This document shows, piece by piece, positions 7,727 through 18,093 of a stretch of DNA of 64,000 nucleotides (the stretch's first letter is position 1; every line of letters begins with the position of its first letter). The DNA comes from Acidobacteriota bacterium (GTDB taxonomy: Bacteria; Acidobacteriota; Thermoanaerobaculia; Multivoradales; JBCCEF01). The position numbers and the translations under genes are program-made. The stretch lies in the NCBI GenBank assembly GCA_039030395.1, contig JBCCEF010000015.1, positions 47,018 through 111,017 on the forward strand, in the 5' to 3' direction. The notes under the pieces are model-generated. The model searched no databases. It worked only from the letters and a program-made list of their open reading frames with translations, and was not told the origin of the DNA.

Positions 7727-10357
7727 ATGCCCCTGCAACGGCTAGCGCGGCTGATCCGAACCCTCTTCACCCGTCGCCGGATCCATGACGAGCTGGACGA
7801 TGAAATACGGTTCCATCTCGCAATGGAGGTCGACAAGCTTCGTCGGCTCGGCCTAGGCGAGGACGAAGCCCGGCGCCGAGCACACGTAGCCTTTGGTGCC
7901 CAGGAGCGAGTTCGCGAAGAGTGCCGGGACACCTGGGGTACGCGCCACGTTGACGACCTGATGCGCGACACTCGTCTCGGCTTTCGAAGCCTCGCTCGGC
8001 AGCCCCTCTTTACCGGCATGGTCCTGGTGATTCTCGGGCTCAGCGTCGGTGCCGCGTCGGCGATGTTCGGCACAGTGGAGGGAATTCTTCTCACTCCTCT
8101 GCCGGTCCCCGATGCCGGGCGCGTCATGGCCGTGATGCAGAACGACCTCGCACACTCCGCTCTCGAAGAGGTGTCGCCGGCTAACTTCCTCGACTGGCGT
8201 GAGCGCAGCCAATCCTTCGAACCGCTGGCGGCCATGGAACCCGTCGGGCTCGACTGGCAGAGCCCAAACGGGCCGATCTACCTTTCCACCGGCCTGGTCA
8301 GCGAAGGGTTTTTCGATGTCTTCGGCGCAATTCCCCTCCACGGCCGAACCTTCTTCGAGGAAGAGCACACCGCCGGGCAGGCAGCGGTCGTCGTGATCGG
8401 CCATCAGCTTTGGCAGGAGCGCTTCGCCGGCGACCCCGCCATCGTCGGCCAGACCCTGATCCTCGACGCGCAGCCCTTCCGGGTGGTCGGGATCATGGCC
8501 GAGGGCTTCGCGTTCCCCAGCGACAACATGCTCTGGGCACCCAAAGTGTGGACAGGCTGGGAGAGAAGGGCACGGAGCGGCGGCTTCTACGCGGTCTTCG
8601 GCCGCCTCGCCCCAGGGATTTCTCGCGAACGCGCCCAAGCGGAAATGACCGCCATCGCCGGCCAGCTCGCCACGGAGCACCCGGCCACCAACGCACGTAC
8701 GGATATCGCCCTCGTCCCCCTGAGGGAGCAGATGGTTGGAAAGATCCGAAAGAGCCTTCTACTGCTGCTGGGCGCGGTGGCCTTGGTTCTCGCCATCGCC
8801 GCCGCGAACATCGCCAGCCTGCAGCTCGCCCGCACCACCAGTCGCAGGATGGAGTTTCAGGTGCGCGGAGCCCTCGGCGCCGGCCGGGGCCGTTTGGTCC
8901 GCCAGTTGTTCGCCGAGAATTTTCTGCTGGGACTCGGCGGAGCGGCTCTTGGAGTCGGGGTTGCGGTGCTCTTGATGGAAGGCCTTCGAATCCTTGCGCC
9001 AGCCGACCTTCCTCGACTCGAGAAGCTCCAGATCAATGGCCAGGTCATGCTTCTCGCCGCCGCCGTCAGCCTGGTGGTCGCTCTCGTGACAGGCCTGGCG
9101 CCGCTGTTCTTCACCAAGCTACGAAGTTCCCTCGTTCCGACCGAGGCGCGGGCGACCGGCGGGCGGCTCGTCTCCCGTTCGCAGGGTGGGCTGATCGTCG
9201 CGCAGGCGGGCATCTCGCTCGTGCTGCTGGTCGCGGCCTGCCTCCTGTTGCGCAGCTTCCTCTCGGTGATGGGCGAGGACCGCGGCTTCCGGACGGAGGG
9301 TGTGGTGGTGCTGGCCGTTCAAAGCTGGAACCTGAAGCCGGAGCCCCATGAGAAGGTGGCCTTCGTCGAGCGGACGGTCGAGCGTCTCTCCGCGCTCCCC
9401 GGAGTCCGCGCCGTCGGGATGACGTCGTCGGTTCCCCTGATGGAGAGCTTCGGCGCCGACCATCGCCCTCTCGTCGTCCAAGGCCAGCCGCCGCCCTCGG
9501 GAGTGGAAGCTCCCGAGACCCACTTCTCCATCGTGACCCCCGGCGTGTTCGAGGCACTGGGTATCGGTCTGCGAAGCGGCCGCCGGTTCGATACCCGCGA
9601 TCACGCCGACGCCCCCGCCGTGGCGATGGTCAATGAAGCGCTGGCCCGCCGCTACTGGCCGCAGGAGAACGCCATCGGCCAGCGCATCACCCTGCAGTTT
9701 TGGGGGAGCGCTCCGGTGACCCGCGAGGTCGTCGGCGTCGTCAGCAACGTTCGTCACTTCGCGCTTCACCAATCCGCAGTGCCAGGAGTGTTCCTGCCGC
9801 ACATGCAGGCACCCACCGGCACCAATGCCTTCGTGATCTGGGGGGAGGGGAAACCGGCGGACCTACTCGAGTCCGGCCGGAAGGCGATCTGGGAAGCCAA
9901 CCCCACCATGGCGATCTACAGCGAGCGGACGATGGCTGAACTCGTCGGCGCCGAAGTCCTGGACCGCCGGTTCCTGCTCGCACTGCTCGGCGCCTTCGCG
10001 TTGACCGCTCTGATCCTCACCGCCGCGGGAATCTTCGCCATGATGAGCTACGTGGCCGGCCAGCGAACTCGCGAGATCGGCGTTCGAATGGCATTTGGCG
10101 CCCGCCGTGTCGACGTGGTCACGATGATCCTTCGCTTCAGTGCCCGAGTGGCGACGATCGGCATTGGGCTGGGACTTCTCGGCGCCATCGCAGCGACCCG
10201 GACCCTGGCGGGAGCGCTTCACGAAGTGGCTCCGCTCGACCCCATCGCGTTCTCCGCCGGAGCACTCCTGCTCCTGGTCACAGCGCTGGTCGCTAGCTGG
10301 CTACCGGCCCAGCGCGCCGCCAGCATGGATCCGATGGCTGCCCTCCGGGCGGAATGA
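7727..10357 (+). CDS. ADOP-family duplicated FtsX/MacB-type permease
   Basis: 876 aa with N-terminal RIHDELDDEIRFHLAMEVDKLRRLGLGEDEARRRAHVAFG...LARQPLFTGMVLVILGLSVGA and two FtsX-like four-TM permease halves. The PadR-ADOP pairing is typical of Acidobacteria. Confidence 0.8.
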   Translation: MPLQRLARLIRTLFTRRRIHDELDDEIRFHLAMEVDKLRRLGLGEDEARRRAHVAFGAQERVREECRDTWGTRHVDDLMRDTRLGFRSLARQPLFTGMVLVILGLSVGAASAMFGTVEGILLTPLPVPDAGRVMAVMQNDLAHSALEEVSPANFLDWRERSQSFEPLAAMEPVGLDWQSPNGPIYLSTGLVSEGFFDVFGAIPLHGRTFFEEEHTAGQAAVVVIGHQLWQERFAGDPAIVGQTLILDAQPFRVVGIMAEGFAFPSDNMLWAPKVWTGWERRARSGGFYAVFGRLAPGISRERAQAEMTAIAGQLATEHPATNARTDIALVPLREQMVGKIRKSLLLLLGAVALVLAIAAANIASLQLARTTSRRMEFQVRGALGAGRGRLVRQLFAENFLLGLGGAALGVGVAVLLMEGLRILAPADLPRLEKLQINGQVMLLAAAVSLVVALVTGLAPLFFTKLRSSLVPTEARATGGRLVSRSQGGLIVAQAGISLVLLVAACLLLRSFLSVMGEDRGFRTEGVVVLAVQSWNLKPEPHEKVAFVERTVERLSALPGVRAVGMTSSVPLMESFGADHRPLVVQGQPPPSGVEAPETHFSIVTPGVFEALGIGLRSGRRFDTRDHADAPAVAMVNEALARRYWPQENAIGQRITLQFWGSAPVTREVVGVVSNVRHFALHQSAVPGVFLPHMQAPTGTNAFVIWGEGKPADLLESGRKAIWEANPTMAIYSERTMAELVGAEVLDRRFLLALLGAFALTALILTAAGIFAMMSYVAGQRTREIGVRMAFGARRVDVVTMILRFSARVATIGIGLGLLGAIAATRTLAGALHEVAPLDPIAFSAGALLLLVTALVASWLPAQRAASMDPMAALRAE

Positions 10358-10650
10358 GGGACGGCTCGATCGGCGATTCTCCTCCACTCAAACTCCGTCC
10401 CGACTCAAAGGCCGCCAGCCCTTGCGAAAGCGGCGTCCCGGCGTCGATCCTCGCCTTTGCGGATCCGGGCCACCCCACCATCGCTCCTAAAGCGAACCCT
10501 CGCCCCGGCTTCGCAGTGGCGCGAACTCGCCCGCTGAGCCGGCAATCCCTACACGGTCAGCTTCGTACCCTCTAAACTAGGCACCACCGGCCCCATCAGC
10601 AAGCCGGTAGACCACGTTGCGACACCCATCGCGAGTTCAGGAGGTGATAC

Positions 10651-11439
10651 ATGCTGCGAACGATTCTGCTGATCGGAATTCTGGTTCTGTTAGCCCAACC
10701 GGCCTTCGGTTTCGACCTCGAAAGCGCCCGCATGGTCGACCTGACCCATACCTTGGACGAGGACACCCTCTACTGGCCCACCTCGCCGAGCCGCTTCGAG
10801 AAACAGGAACTCGCCTACGGGCCGACCGCCGCCGGCTGGTTCTACTCCGCCTTCAAAGTGTGCACGCCGGAGCACGGCGGAACGCACCTCGATGCGCCTC
10901 TCCATTTCGCCGAGAACGGTCTGCCGACAGACCGCATACCGCTGTCGCAGCTCATCGCTCCGGCGGTGGTGATCGACGTCGCTGAGAAAGCGGCGAAGGC
11001 TCCGGAATTCGTCCTCAGCCGAAAGGACGTGCAGGCCTTTGAGAAGGCGCACGGCAAGGTACCGGAGGGAGCCATCGTGCTGCTGCGTACCGGCTGGAGC
11101 CGCCACTGGCCGAAAGCCAAGGCCTACCTCGGCGACGACACACCAGGAGATGCCAGCAAGCTGCGATTCCCCAGCTACGGAGCCGAAGCCGCCCGGCTGT
11201 TGGTGGAGGAGCGCAGGGTCGCCCTGCTCGGAGTGGACACCGCCTCCATCGACGTGGGTAGTTCGAAAGACTTCCCGGTCCACCGCATCGCCGCCGCCCG
11301 CGATGTAGGGGGCCTTGAAAACCTTACCGCCCTCGATCAGCTACCCGCCACCGGCGCCTGGGTTCTCGCCTTGCCCCTCAAGATCGGCGGCGGCTCCGGC
11401 GGTCCGGCGCGAGTGGTGGCGCTGGTCCCGGAGTCGTGA
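10651..11439 (+). CDS. Secreted putative cyclase / kynurenine formamidase-like protein
   Basis: Signal peptide MLRTILLIGILVLLAQPAFG. The motif HxGTHxDAPxH (EHGGTHLDAPLHF) is characteristic of the cyclase family (PF04199). Confidence 0.7.
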   Translation: MLRTILLIGILVLLAQPAFGFDLESARMVDLTHTLDEDTLYWPTSPSRFEKQELAYGPTAAGWFYSAFKVCTPEHGGTHLDAPLHFAENGLPTDRIPLSQLIAPAVVIDVAEKAAKAPEFVLSRKDVQAFEKAHGKVPEGAIVLLRTGWSRHWPKAKAYLGDDTPGDASKLRFPSYGAEAARLLVEERRVALLGVDTASIDVGSSKDFPVHRIAAARDVGGLENLTALDQLPATGAWVLALPLKIGGGSGGPARVVALVPES

Positions 11440-11440
11440 A

Positions 11441-11765
11441 CCACGGCAACCCAATGCCCGTTGATCTTGGGAAGAGGGCCGAGCGATCCGCGATGCGCCG
11501 GTGGTGACCGACCACCTCGAAGAGAAGGGCTCGAAATCCGTTGTCACCGGCAGGCCCCGGCCCTGGTCAAGGAAATCCCGGTCGAGCCCGGGCAATCTTC
11601 CGTCGACCCGGCCACCGTCGACTTCACCACCGAGGACGAACAGGCACGAGCCATGGCCGTGATCCGTGCCGCCGGATCCCTTCTCTGCAGCGGAATGCCC
11701 GAATTCGAGGCCGGCATCGGAGTTGATCAGAAAGGCGATCTGCTGCATGGCGCGCCTCAGACTCC
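11441..11765 (-). pseudogene. DUF1501 gene fragment: partial, internally deleted duplicate of the 3' end of the DUF1501 gene at 13493-14797
   Basis: ~85% nucleotide identity to 13493-13990 with a ~130-bp internal deletion. Encodes ...QQIAFLINSDAGLEF...GSGGTDHGHGSCLFVLGGEVDGGRV...LPVTTDF then loses frame. No N-terminal 3/4 of the protein. Confidence 0.55.
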
Positions 11766-11781
11766 GTTAAGCGGCCCTCCG

Positions 11782-12372
11782 TCAATCGGCTGGCACCTTT
11801 TCCGGCAGCATCTCGGGAACCACGGGATCGACCTGCACCACTAAGCAGATCAGTGCTTCCGATGGTCCGCCATCGTTCACCAACATCGCTCGCTCGCCGA
11901 GAAGGGCGAGAACCATCGGCGCGAAGAGAAGATTTTCCTGTCGAAAAAACTTAAACGCGAATCGAGCCACCCGGAGGGCCTCCCGAGAATCTTCTCTCGA
12001 TTCGATCACGACAGAGCCTTCAATCCTGATCCGGTTCGCTCCCTTGCCAACCGTTATCGAGAAATCGTCTTCCGCGCCGGAGATCCTGTGTACGCCCTGC
12101 TGCAGCGTCTCCACAGAGGCCAACCGGAAGATCTCGATCAACTCGCGATCGTCTCGCCGAAAGTCCCAGTCGAGCAGCTCCTCTCCCCCTGGGTTGGAGG
12201 CAGGCTCGTTCGATTCAGCGAGATCTCTTTGGCCCTGCAGCAGTGCCCAGCGGAGAATGTATTTCCCCACCGAAGGCGACCCTTCGACCGCAGCGAGTGG
12301 CTCCTGTCCCCAGGCCGACCCCGACAACAGCATCAAAACGAAAATCCACGAGCTAAAAAGTTTCTTGGCCAT
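11782..12372 (-). CDS. Secreted hypothetical protein
   Basis: Signal peptide MAKKLFSSWIFVLMLLSGSAWG. Non-biased composition; last gene of the ECF sigma operon. Confidence 0.5.
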   Translation of the reverse strand: MAKKLFSSWIFVLMLLSGSAWGQEPLAAVEGSPSVGKYILRWALLQGQRDLAESNEPASNPGGEELLDWDFRRDDRELIEIFRLASVETLQQGVHRISGAEDDFSITVGKGANRIRIEGSVVIESREDSREALRVARFAFKFFRQENLLFAPMVLALLGERAMLVNDGGPSEALICLVVQVDPVVPEMLPEKVPAD

Positions 12373-12739
12373 CCGCCTCTCCTTGTAGATGGGGACTGAA
12401 GTAAAGGGTGGTACCGGAATCCAAAGTCATCACCACCACCGTGCTTTCGGTATCCGGCGCCGAAGGCATCGAGCCCGACGCCCTACCCGATGGAACATCG
12501 TTGCCCAATCGGTCAACCGGTCGGCTCAACCAGAGGGCAACTCCGATCAAAGCGGCTGCAGACCACCACCAAAGTGAACGACGTTGCGGCCTGCGTGGGG
12601 AACGGCCGGGCGGCAAGCGCTGCAGCACCCGCTGCGCCGCTTCCTGAGCTGACATCGAGGGCGCAACCTCACTCCACCGACGCAGGTGTTCAAGAGGATC
12701 CTCTGACCGTTTCTGGTCCACCATTCTTGTGGCCTCCAT
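12353..12739 (-). CDS. Putative membrane-anchored anti-sigma factor (single TM)
   Basis: Immediately downstream of, and overlapping, the ECF sigma gene. One TM helix (SLWWWSAAALIGVALWL). No zinc motif; assignment by position only. Start uncertain (alternative ATG at 12655). Confidence 0.4.
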   Translation of the reverse strand: MEATRMVDQKRSEDPLEHLRRWSEVAPSMSAQEAAQRVLQRLPPGRSPRRPQRRSLWWWSAAALIGVALWLSRPVDRLGNDVPSGRASGSMPSAPDTESTVVVMTLDSGTTLYFSPHLQGEADGQETF

Positions 12740-13235
12740 CCAGCAGTTGGCGTAACCGGAGCCTCCCCCGCTGCCGGTGAACTCGTACCGTGCTCACTCC
12801 GATCCCGAGAGAGGCTGCAATCGCCCGGTCCGATAGCCCTCGAATTTCTCCGAGGTAAAGCACCGCTCGCTGGCGCGGAGCCAGCTCACCGAGGGCCCTT
12901 TCCAAGTCTCCATCGCACTGGTTTGGCGACGCTACCGGGGCTTCGACATTCGCATTGCGAGGCGGCTCCTTGCTCAGGTACCGCAAGGCTCGTCGCACCG
13001 TAATACGCTGCAACCAACCATGAAAAGCGCCAGGGTTGCGCAATCGCGGTAGGGCAATCCACGCCTGGTGATAGGCGTCCTGCACAACATCCTCTGCCTC
13101 ACCAGAGCGCTCGGCCAGAGTCACTCGCGCCAAGGCCACCAAGGATTCCCAGGTCGCCAGGACAAGCTCCCCAAAAGCCTCAGGATCGCCTGCCTGCGCC
13201 TCCTCCACCCTCTTGGATAGCTGTTCATGGTCCAT
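12690..13235 (-). CDS. ECF (sigma-70 family, RpoE-like) RNA polymerase sigma factor
   Basis: Region 2 (DVVQDAYHQAWIALPRLRNPGAFHGWLQRITVRRALRYL) and region 4 HTH (LGELAPRQRAVLYLGEIRGLSDRAIAASLGIGVSTVRVHRQRGRLRLRQ). Confidence 0.8.
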   Translation of the reverse strand: MDHEQLSKRVEEAQAGDPEAFGELVLATWESLVALARVTLAERSGEAEDVVQDAYHQAWIALPRLRNPGAFHGWLQRITVRRALRYLSKEPPRNANVEAPVASPNQCDGDLERALGELAPRQRAVLYLGEIRGLSDRAIAASLGIGVSTVRVHRQRGRLRLRQLLDGGHKNGGPETVRGSS

Positions 13236-13492
13236 TGCAGTGAAGAGACGCCAGCGGTTGGTTCTGTTTACTTTGGTTCTCTGTCAGATCTCGAGAGCGG
13301 ACGTTGCAACAACGTAGCAGTTCGGAGACCCAGCCCTCCCCAGTCGCCAAGGAATCGCCGCCCAGCCATCGGGGGTTGCTGCGATCTGCGACGGCTTCGA
13401 GCCGAAAGAGCCCTGATCTAGGTTAGATGCGTCAGGCTCGCTGGCAGAGGATCTGCCGGCGAGCGTGCGTTCCGACGACACCCTCGGCCGAA

Positions 13493-14797
13493 CTACCCCC
13501 GCAAAAACAGAGGCAATCCCTTCCCCGACCAGCCTGGAAAGAGAGTCGAGCGATCGGCGATGCGCAGGTGGTGACCGGCCACCTCGGAGAAAACGGCTCG
13601 AAAATCCGTTGTTACCGGCAGGTCCCGACCCTCGTAGAGGGAATCCCGATCGAGTCCCGGGAATGTTCCGTGCACCCGGCCACCGTCGACTTCGCCGCCG
13701 AGGATGAACAGGCACGAGCCATGGCCGTGATCCGTGCCGCCGGATCCATTCTCTGCAACGGTACGCCCAAATTCGGTCATGGTCATCAGAGTGACGTCGT
13801 CCCGGTAGGTTCCCAGATCGGTCCAAAAGGCGTGGATCGACTGCGCGAGATCCCCGGCTCGGCGTGCGAAGGAACCCTGCGCCGTCCCTTGTTGGACGTG
13901 AGTATCCCAACCGCCTGATTCGGCAAAGGCCACTTCGAGGCCGACATCGGACTTGATCAAGAAGGCGATCTGCTGCAAGGCGCGCCCCAGCGGGCTGCGC
14001 GGATATCGCGCCTGGCGGGCCGGCCGGTAGCGCGAGACATCGAGTTTGTCGAGGGTCTCCATCGCCTCAAAGGTGTCTTGGGCAGTGTCCTGGAGGAGAC
14101 GTTGGGAGGTTTCCGCGTAGAGCGACTCGAAGCCTCGACTGGCCACCTCACCAACCCCGGCAGTTTCCGGCAAGTCGACCCGAAAGCGGCGCAAATCCGC
14201 CACCGCCAACGCCGGCTCGTCCCCATAGAGGGAACGCGGCATGGCGTTGGTCAGCGACACGGCGCGGAAAGGGGAAGCCTCATGGCCGAGTTGTCCGACC
14301 ACCCGATTGAGCCAACCGTCGGGCGTTCCTTTGCGGCCCGGCGTACCGGACTCCATGTAGTCCTGGGCATCGAAATGGGAGCGGGTCGCGTCCGGAGAAC
14401 CTACCGCGTGGACGATCGCCAAGCGACGATCCTTCCAGTAGGACTCGAGCGGAGCCAACGCCGGATGGAGACCGAACCCTACCCCGAGATCGAGGGCTCC
14501 CTCCGGCCCAGCGTTCCGTGCCAGCGACATCGCGAGGCGCGGACGTAGCCGGCGCAGATTGGCATCTTCCGCCGGCGGAACCGCCATCAAGCCATCCATG
14601 GCACCGCGCTGGAAGATGGTCACCAACACCTTGCGGCGCCGGAACGCTTGCGCTCCGGCCGCCCCCCAAGCAGCTCGATGCAAGAAACTCGGACCGACGC
14701 CAAGGGAGACCAAAGCCAATCCGCCGGCCTTCAGGAAGGCCCTCCGCTTCAGGCCTTCACGCTCGGACATCACGTTGTCGTCTGGCAGCTTACGCAT
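13493..14797 (-). CDS. DUF1501 domain protein (Tat-secreted sulfatase-fold protein)
   Basis: Twin-arginine signal (RRAFLKAGGLALV). Conserved GGWDTH / GSGGTDHGHG motifs of DUF1501. Paired with DUF1800 upstream. Confidence 0.8.
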   Translation of the reverse strand: MRKLPDDNVMSEREGLKRRAFLKAGGLALVSLGVGPSFLHRAAWGAAGAQAFRRRKVLVTIFQRGAMDGLMAVPPAEDANLRRLRPRLAMSLARNAGPEGALDLGVGFGLHPALAPLESYWKDRRLAIVHAVGSPDATRSHFDAQDYMESGTPGRKGTPDGWLNRVVGQLGHEASPFRAVSLTNAMPRSLYGDEPALAVADLRRFRVDLPETAGVGEVASRGFESLYAETSQRLLQDTAQDTFEAMETLDKLDVSRYRPARQARYPRSPLGRALQQIAFLIKSDVGLEVAFAESGGWDTHVQQGTAQGSFARRAGDLAQSIHAFWTDLGTYRDDVTLMTMTEFGRTVAENGSGGTDHGHGSCLFILGGEVDGGRVHGTFPGLDRDSLYEGRDLPVTTDFRAVFSEVAGHHLRIADRSTLFPGWSGKGLPLFLRG

Positions 14798-14803
14798 CGA
14801 ATT

Positions 14804-16747
14804 TCATCGCCTTTGGAATTCCGGTGAGCCAAGAATCAAGCCCACCACGTAGGAAGTGGCATCAGGAGCCGAAGGAGTCGCCAGGGGGCGCGAAGACGAG
14901 GAACGGGGCTCGACCCAATCCATCGTCATGCCTCCACGGGCCGGCGAGCCTTCGGCCGCCTGCGCCACCTTGTCGGCGAAGGACGGATCCCGCACCACCG
15001 GCAGCAGGTGATCGAGGGTCGAAGCCCCTTCGCGCTCTGGCAGCAGCAGGGGGAGATAGGCCACCAACGCCTCCTCCGCGGACGCCGGCTCACGATGATC
15101 GAGGAGCGCCCCGAGATCGAATTGGACTCCCGGAATTCGACCGCCCGCCAAGTCCAGTCCAAAGCTCATGCGGGCCAGCAGCGAACCGGTGTTGACCCAG
15201 TGCTCCGCCCGATCCGGGAATCCCGTTGGAGCCTGGTAGGCATAGATGGGATGACCGCTCTCGACCACCCATTGAAGCGCCCCGCGGGGATCCTCGATCT
15301 CGGCGTCGAGTATTCGCAAGGCCGACGCCGCCAGCTCGAAGGGAGACTTGATCTTGCGCTGCCGAGCCTCCGGAGACCAGAAGCTCGGGTGATAGACCAG
15401 GTCGCGCATCACCGCCGCGAGCTCGCCTTCGGTGCGGCCAAAGGTTGCCGCGAGATCCGCCACCAGTTCTTCCGGAGGCTCGTCGGCGACGAACCGGACC
15501 GCGACCTTGTGGGCCAGGTGGCGCGCCGTCGCCGGGTGCGCGACGAGCAGGTCCAGAACGGCGAGCCCATCCTCGATACCGCGCCCGGCCGGGAGCTTCT
15601 GACCCAGCACTCGCTTGCTACCGGCATCGTGAGCGTCGGCCCGGAAAAGGAACTCGCCCTCGAAGACAAAACCGGCATCGGGCGGCAGGCGCCGCGCCTG
15701 GGCAATGCGTTGACGGACACGATCGTCGGCCAGCCTTCCCTGGGGTAGAAGGGTCCAACCGGTGAAGGCGCGAGCGACCTCGACCACATCGTCCTGGTCG
15801 TAGCCGCCATCGACCCCCAGCGTGTGAAGCTCCAAGAGTTCGCGCGCGTAGTTCTCGTTGAGCCCTCGCGGCCTGCGGGCTGCAAGCTCCGGATCCTGGC
15901 GCATGGCGGCCGCCGGTCCACCGGACCGAAGACGACCGGCTCCGCGCCGCCCGCCGCCGGCCCCTCGGCGCCCGCCGCGAAGCCGATGGCGATAGCGCTC
16001 GGCACTGAAAGTCGTGCGCGCCCCTTCCGGCGCCACCGAACGCGCATTGTCGAGGTACAGCAGCATCGCGGGATGTTTGGCGGTCGCTTCCAACATATCG
16101 CGGAATTCACCCACCACATGAGGCCGGATGGCGTCGCGTTCGTAGGTCATGACAAAGGAGCGAACGTCATTGTCGGCCAGCGAAACATTGAAATGGTTGA
16201 ACCAAAATTCGGTCAACACCTCGTGCAATTGGTTCTCGCCATAGACCGCGCGGTAGAGCTTCTGGCGATACAGATCTGCCACCAATTCACGCTGGGAACG
16301 CAACCCCTCCTCACGCAGGGCGTTGCGGTACTCGCGCCGAAGGATCTCCCGTTCACCGGCATCCGGGGAGTCCTCATCCATCTTGCCGTCGCGCAGGCGC
16401 TGACGCAGCAAAGAACCGGGGTTCGGATAGCGCTCGAGGATCTCGCCTTGGGCCAGGGACAGACTTTCCAAATCGGCGAGCAGCGACGGCAGCTTGGTTT
16501 CCGAGACGGTTCCCGCAAGCTGTTGCTCGAACCAGCGTTCGAGCCCCATTTCCACCAGCCGGTCAATATCGCCGGGGCGCGCGCCAAAAGCGAATCGGTC
16601 CAGCAGATGCGCCGCCGCCTGTCGTTCGGTCAGCCCGGCTTCCTGCCAGGGAAAAGCCCGAACCTGCGACTCAGCCGTGAGCGGTAGCGCCAACAGGAGA
16701 ACTAGCGAGAGAGAAAGAGCCCGGAGCTTGTCGAGTTTCAGTGCCAT
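14804..16747 (-). CDS. DUF1800 domain protein
   Basis: HTLGVDGGYDQDDV signature and overall DUF1800 layout. Likely start at ATG 16747 (signal-peptide-like MALKLDKLRALSLSLVLLLALPLTAES); the ORF track extends to 16864. Confidence 0.8.
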   Translation of the reverse strand: MALKLDKLRALSLSLVLLLALPLTAESQVRAFPWQEAGLTERQAAAHLLDRFAFGARPGDIDRLVEMGLERWFEQQLAGTVSETKLPSLLADLESLSLAQGEILERYPNPGSLLRQRLRDGKMDEDSPDAGEREILRREYRNALREEGLRSQRELVADLYRQKLYRAVYGENQLHEVLTEFWFNHFNVSLADNDVRSFVMTYERDAIRPHVVGEFRDMLEATAKHPAMLLYLDNARSVAPEGARTTFSAERYRHRLRGGRRGAGGGRRGAGRLRSGGPAAAMRQDPELAARRPRGLNENYARELLELHTLGVDGGYDQDDVVEVARAFTGWTLLPQGRLADDRVRQRIAQARRLPPDAGFVFEGEFLFRADAHDAGSKRVLGQKLPAGRGIEDGLAVLDLLVAHPATARHLAHKVAVRFVADEPPEELVADLAATFGRTEGELAAVMRDLVYHPSFWSPEARQRKIKSPFELAASALRILDAEIEDPRGALQWVVESGHPIYAYQAPTGFPDRAEHWVNTGSLLARMSFGLDLAGGRIPGVQFDLGALLDHREPASAEEALVAYLPLLLPEREGASTLDHLLPVVRDPSFADKVAQAAEGSPARGGMTMDWVEPRSSSSRPLATPSAPDATSYVVGLILGSPEFQRR

Positions 16748-16970
16748 TCGGATTGCCTTTCTACCCGGAGAAACACGGCACGCGACAAATACTTGCGCTC
16801 GGTCGAGCACTTTCTCGAATCGAGCGACAGTCGCCGGCGGGACGACAGCCTGGGTGGTACCCACGGTTGCCCGCCGCCACGGGGACGGCGAGAATCAGGG
16901 TCATGGATCGCAGCGATTCGTGCTACCTCCTGCCCGCCGCGGAGCATCTCGACGGCGGAACCTTCCGCCG

Positions 16971-18041
16971 ATGATCACCATCCTCGGTCTCCTTGGCGCT
17001 CTCCAGGGCTTCATCTTGGCGGGCGCAATCCTGTCGCTGCGGGGAGCCCGGCAATCGCCCAACCGACTGATCGGCTTGGGACTTCTCATTCTCTCGACGG
17101 CCGTTCTCACCATCACCGGCCAACACGGCGGCCTGTTCGGAGATTCGATCTTCCCCATCCTGGTGGAGTACACAGCCACCCTCTTGCTCCCTCCGGTTCT
17201 CTGGAAGTACGCGACGACGGTGCTCGGAGCCAAACGGCGAGTTCCCTGGTGGATCCACTTCCTGCCGGTGTCCGCCTGGGTGGCCTACCTGCTGGCCTTC
17301 ACTCTAGGCTGGACCTCCTGGCGATGGCTACCACCCATCTTGAGCCTGATGATCTACGGTGCGGCCTACACCACGGCGGTCGCCTTGAGGGTGTGGAGCC
17401 GACGAAGCGAGGGCCGGGCGCTGGTCTTCCACCGCCGCGTTCTGAAGGCTCTCGTCCTGGCTCTCATGGTCATCCACATCGCCCAGGTCATCCGTTTTCT
17501 GTTCCGCGACGTTCCGTGGCTGGTCGATCTCGTGCCGCTCACCGCGACGCTGTTGCTCTGCGTCTTTTCCGTGGTCGCCTTCCGTCAGTCGAGGCTGTTC
17601 GCTGGCTATGAACCCCGCTCGACCCGCACCAAATACGCGACCTCGACCCTGACCCCGCAAAGTGCCGAGGAGATTCAGGAACGACTCCTGGGAACCATGG
17701 AGCGAGACCGGCCCTACCTCAACGAGAACCTGACCCTCGCTGACCTGGCCGCCCGCCTGAAGGTGCCGCGGGCGCACCTCTCGCAGGTCGTCAACGACAA
17801 GCTGGGCAGCAATTTCCCGGAACTCCTGACCCAGTACCGGCTGGTCGAGGCCGAGCGGCTGTTCACCGATCCCGGCAAACGGCACCTGACCCTCGAAGAC
17901 ATCGCCTATGAGGTCGGATTCCGTTCGAGGTCCGCTTTCCACAGCGCCTTCAAGGGCCAGAGAGGCATCACTCCGGGCCAGGCGCGGCGCGAAATGTCGC
18001 AGAAAACGTTTGGAGACATCTTGGCCAAGACGGAGGAGTAG
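16971..18041 (+). CDS. AraC-family transcriptional regulator with N-terminal multi-TM membrane domain
   Basis: C-terminal HTH_AraC (LTLADLAARLKVPRAHLSQVVNDKLGSNFPELLTQYRLVEAERLF...IAYEVGFRSRSAFHSAFK) preceded by ~6 hydrophobic helices. In-frame ATG at 16971. Confidence 0.7.
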   Translation: MITILGLLGALQGFILAGAILSLRGARQSPNRLIGLGLLILSTAVLTITGQHGGLFGDSIFPILVEYTATLLLPPVLWKYATTVLGAKRRVPWWIHFLPVSAWVAYLLAFTLGWTSWRWLPPILSLMIYGAAYTTAVALRVWSRRSEGRALVFHRRVLKALVLALMVIHIAQVIRFLFRDVPWLVDLVPLTATLLLCVFSVVAFRQSRLFAGYEPRSTRTKYATSTLTPQSAEEIQERLLGTMERDRPYLNENLTLADLAARLKVPRAHLSQVVNDKLGSNFPELLTQYRLVEAERLFTDPGKRHLTLEDIAYEVGFRSRSAFHSAFKGQRGITPGQARREMSQKTFGDILAKTEE

Positions 18042-18093
18042 CTTCGAGATCAGGCGATGCCGCCATCACCCAATCACCTCAGGGAGGCACCGA

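Noticed and set aside
13236-13492. ECF-type promoter (GGAAC-N16-GTCT) upstream of the sigma factor gene
   Set aside because: GAACCA and GTCT-like elements exist on the minus strand, but the spacing (9 or 24 nt) does not fit the ECF consensus. Not called.
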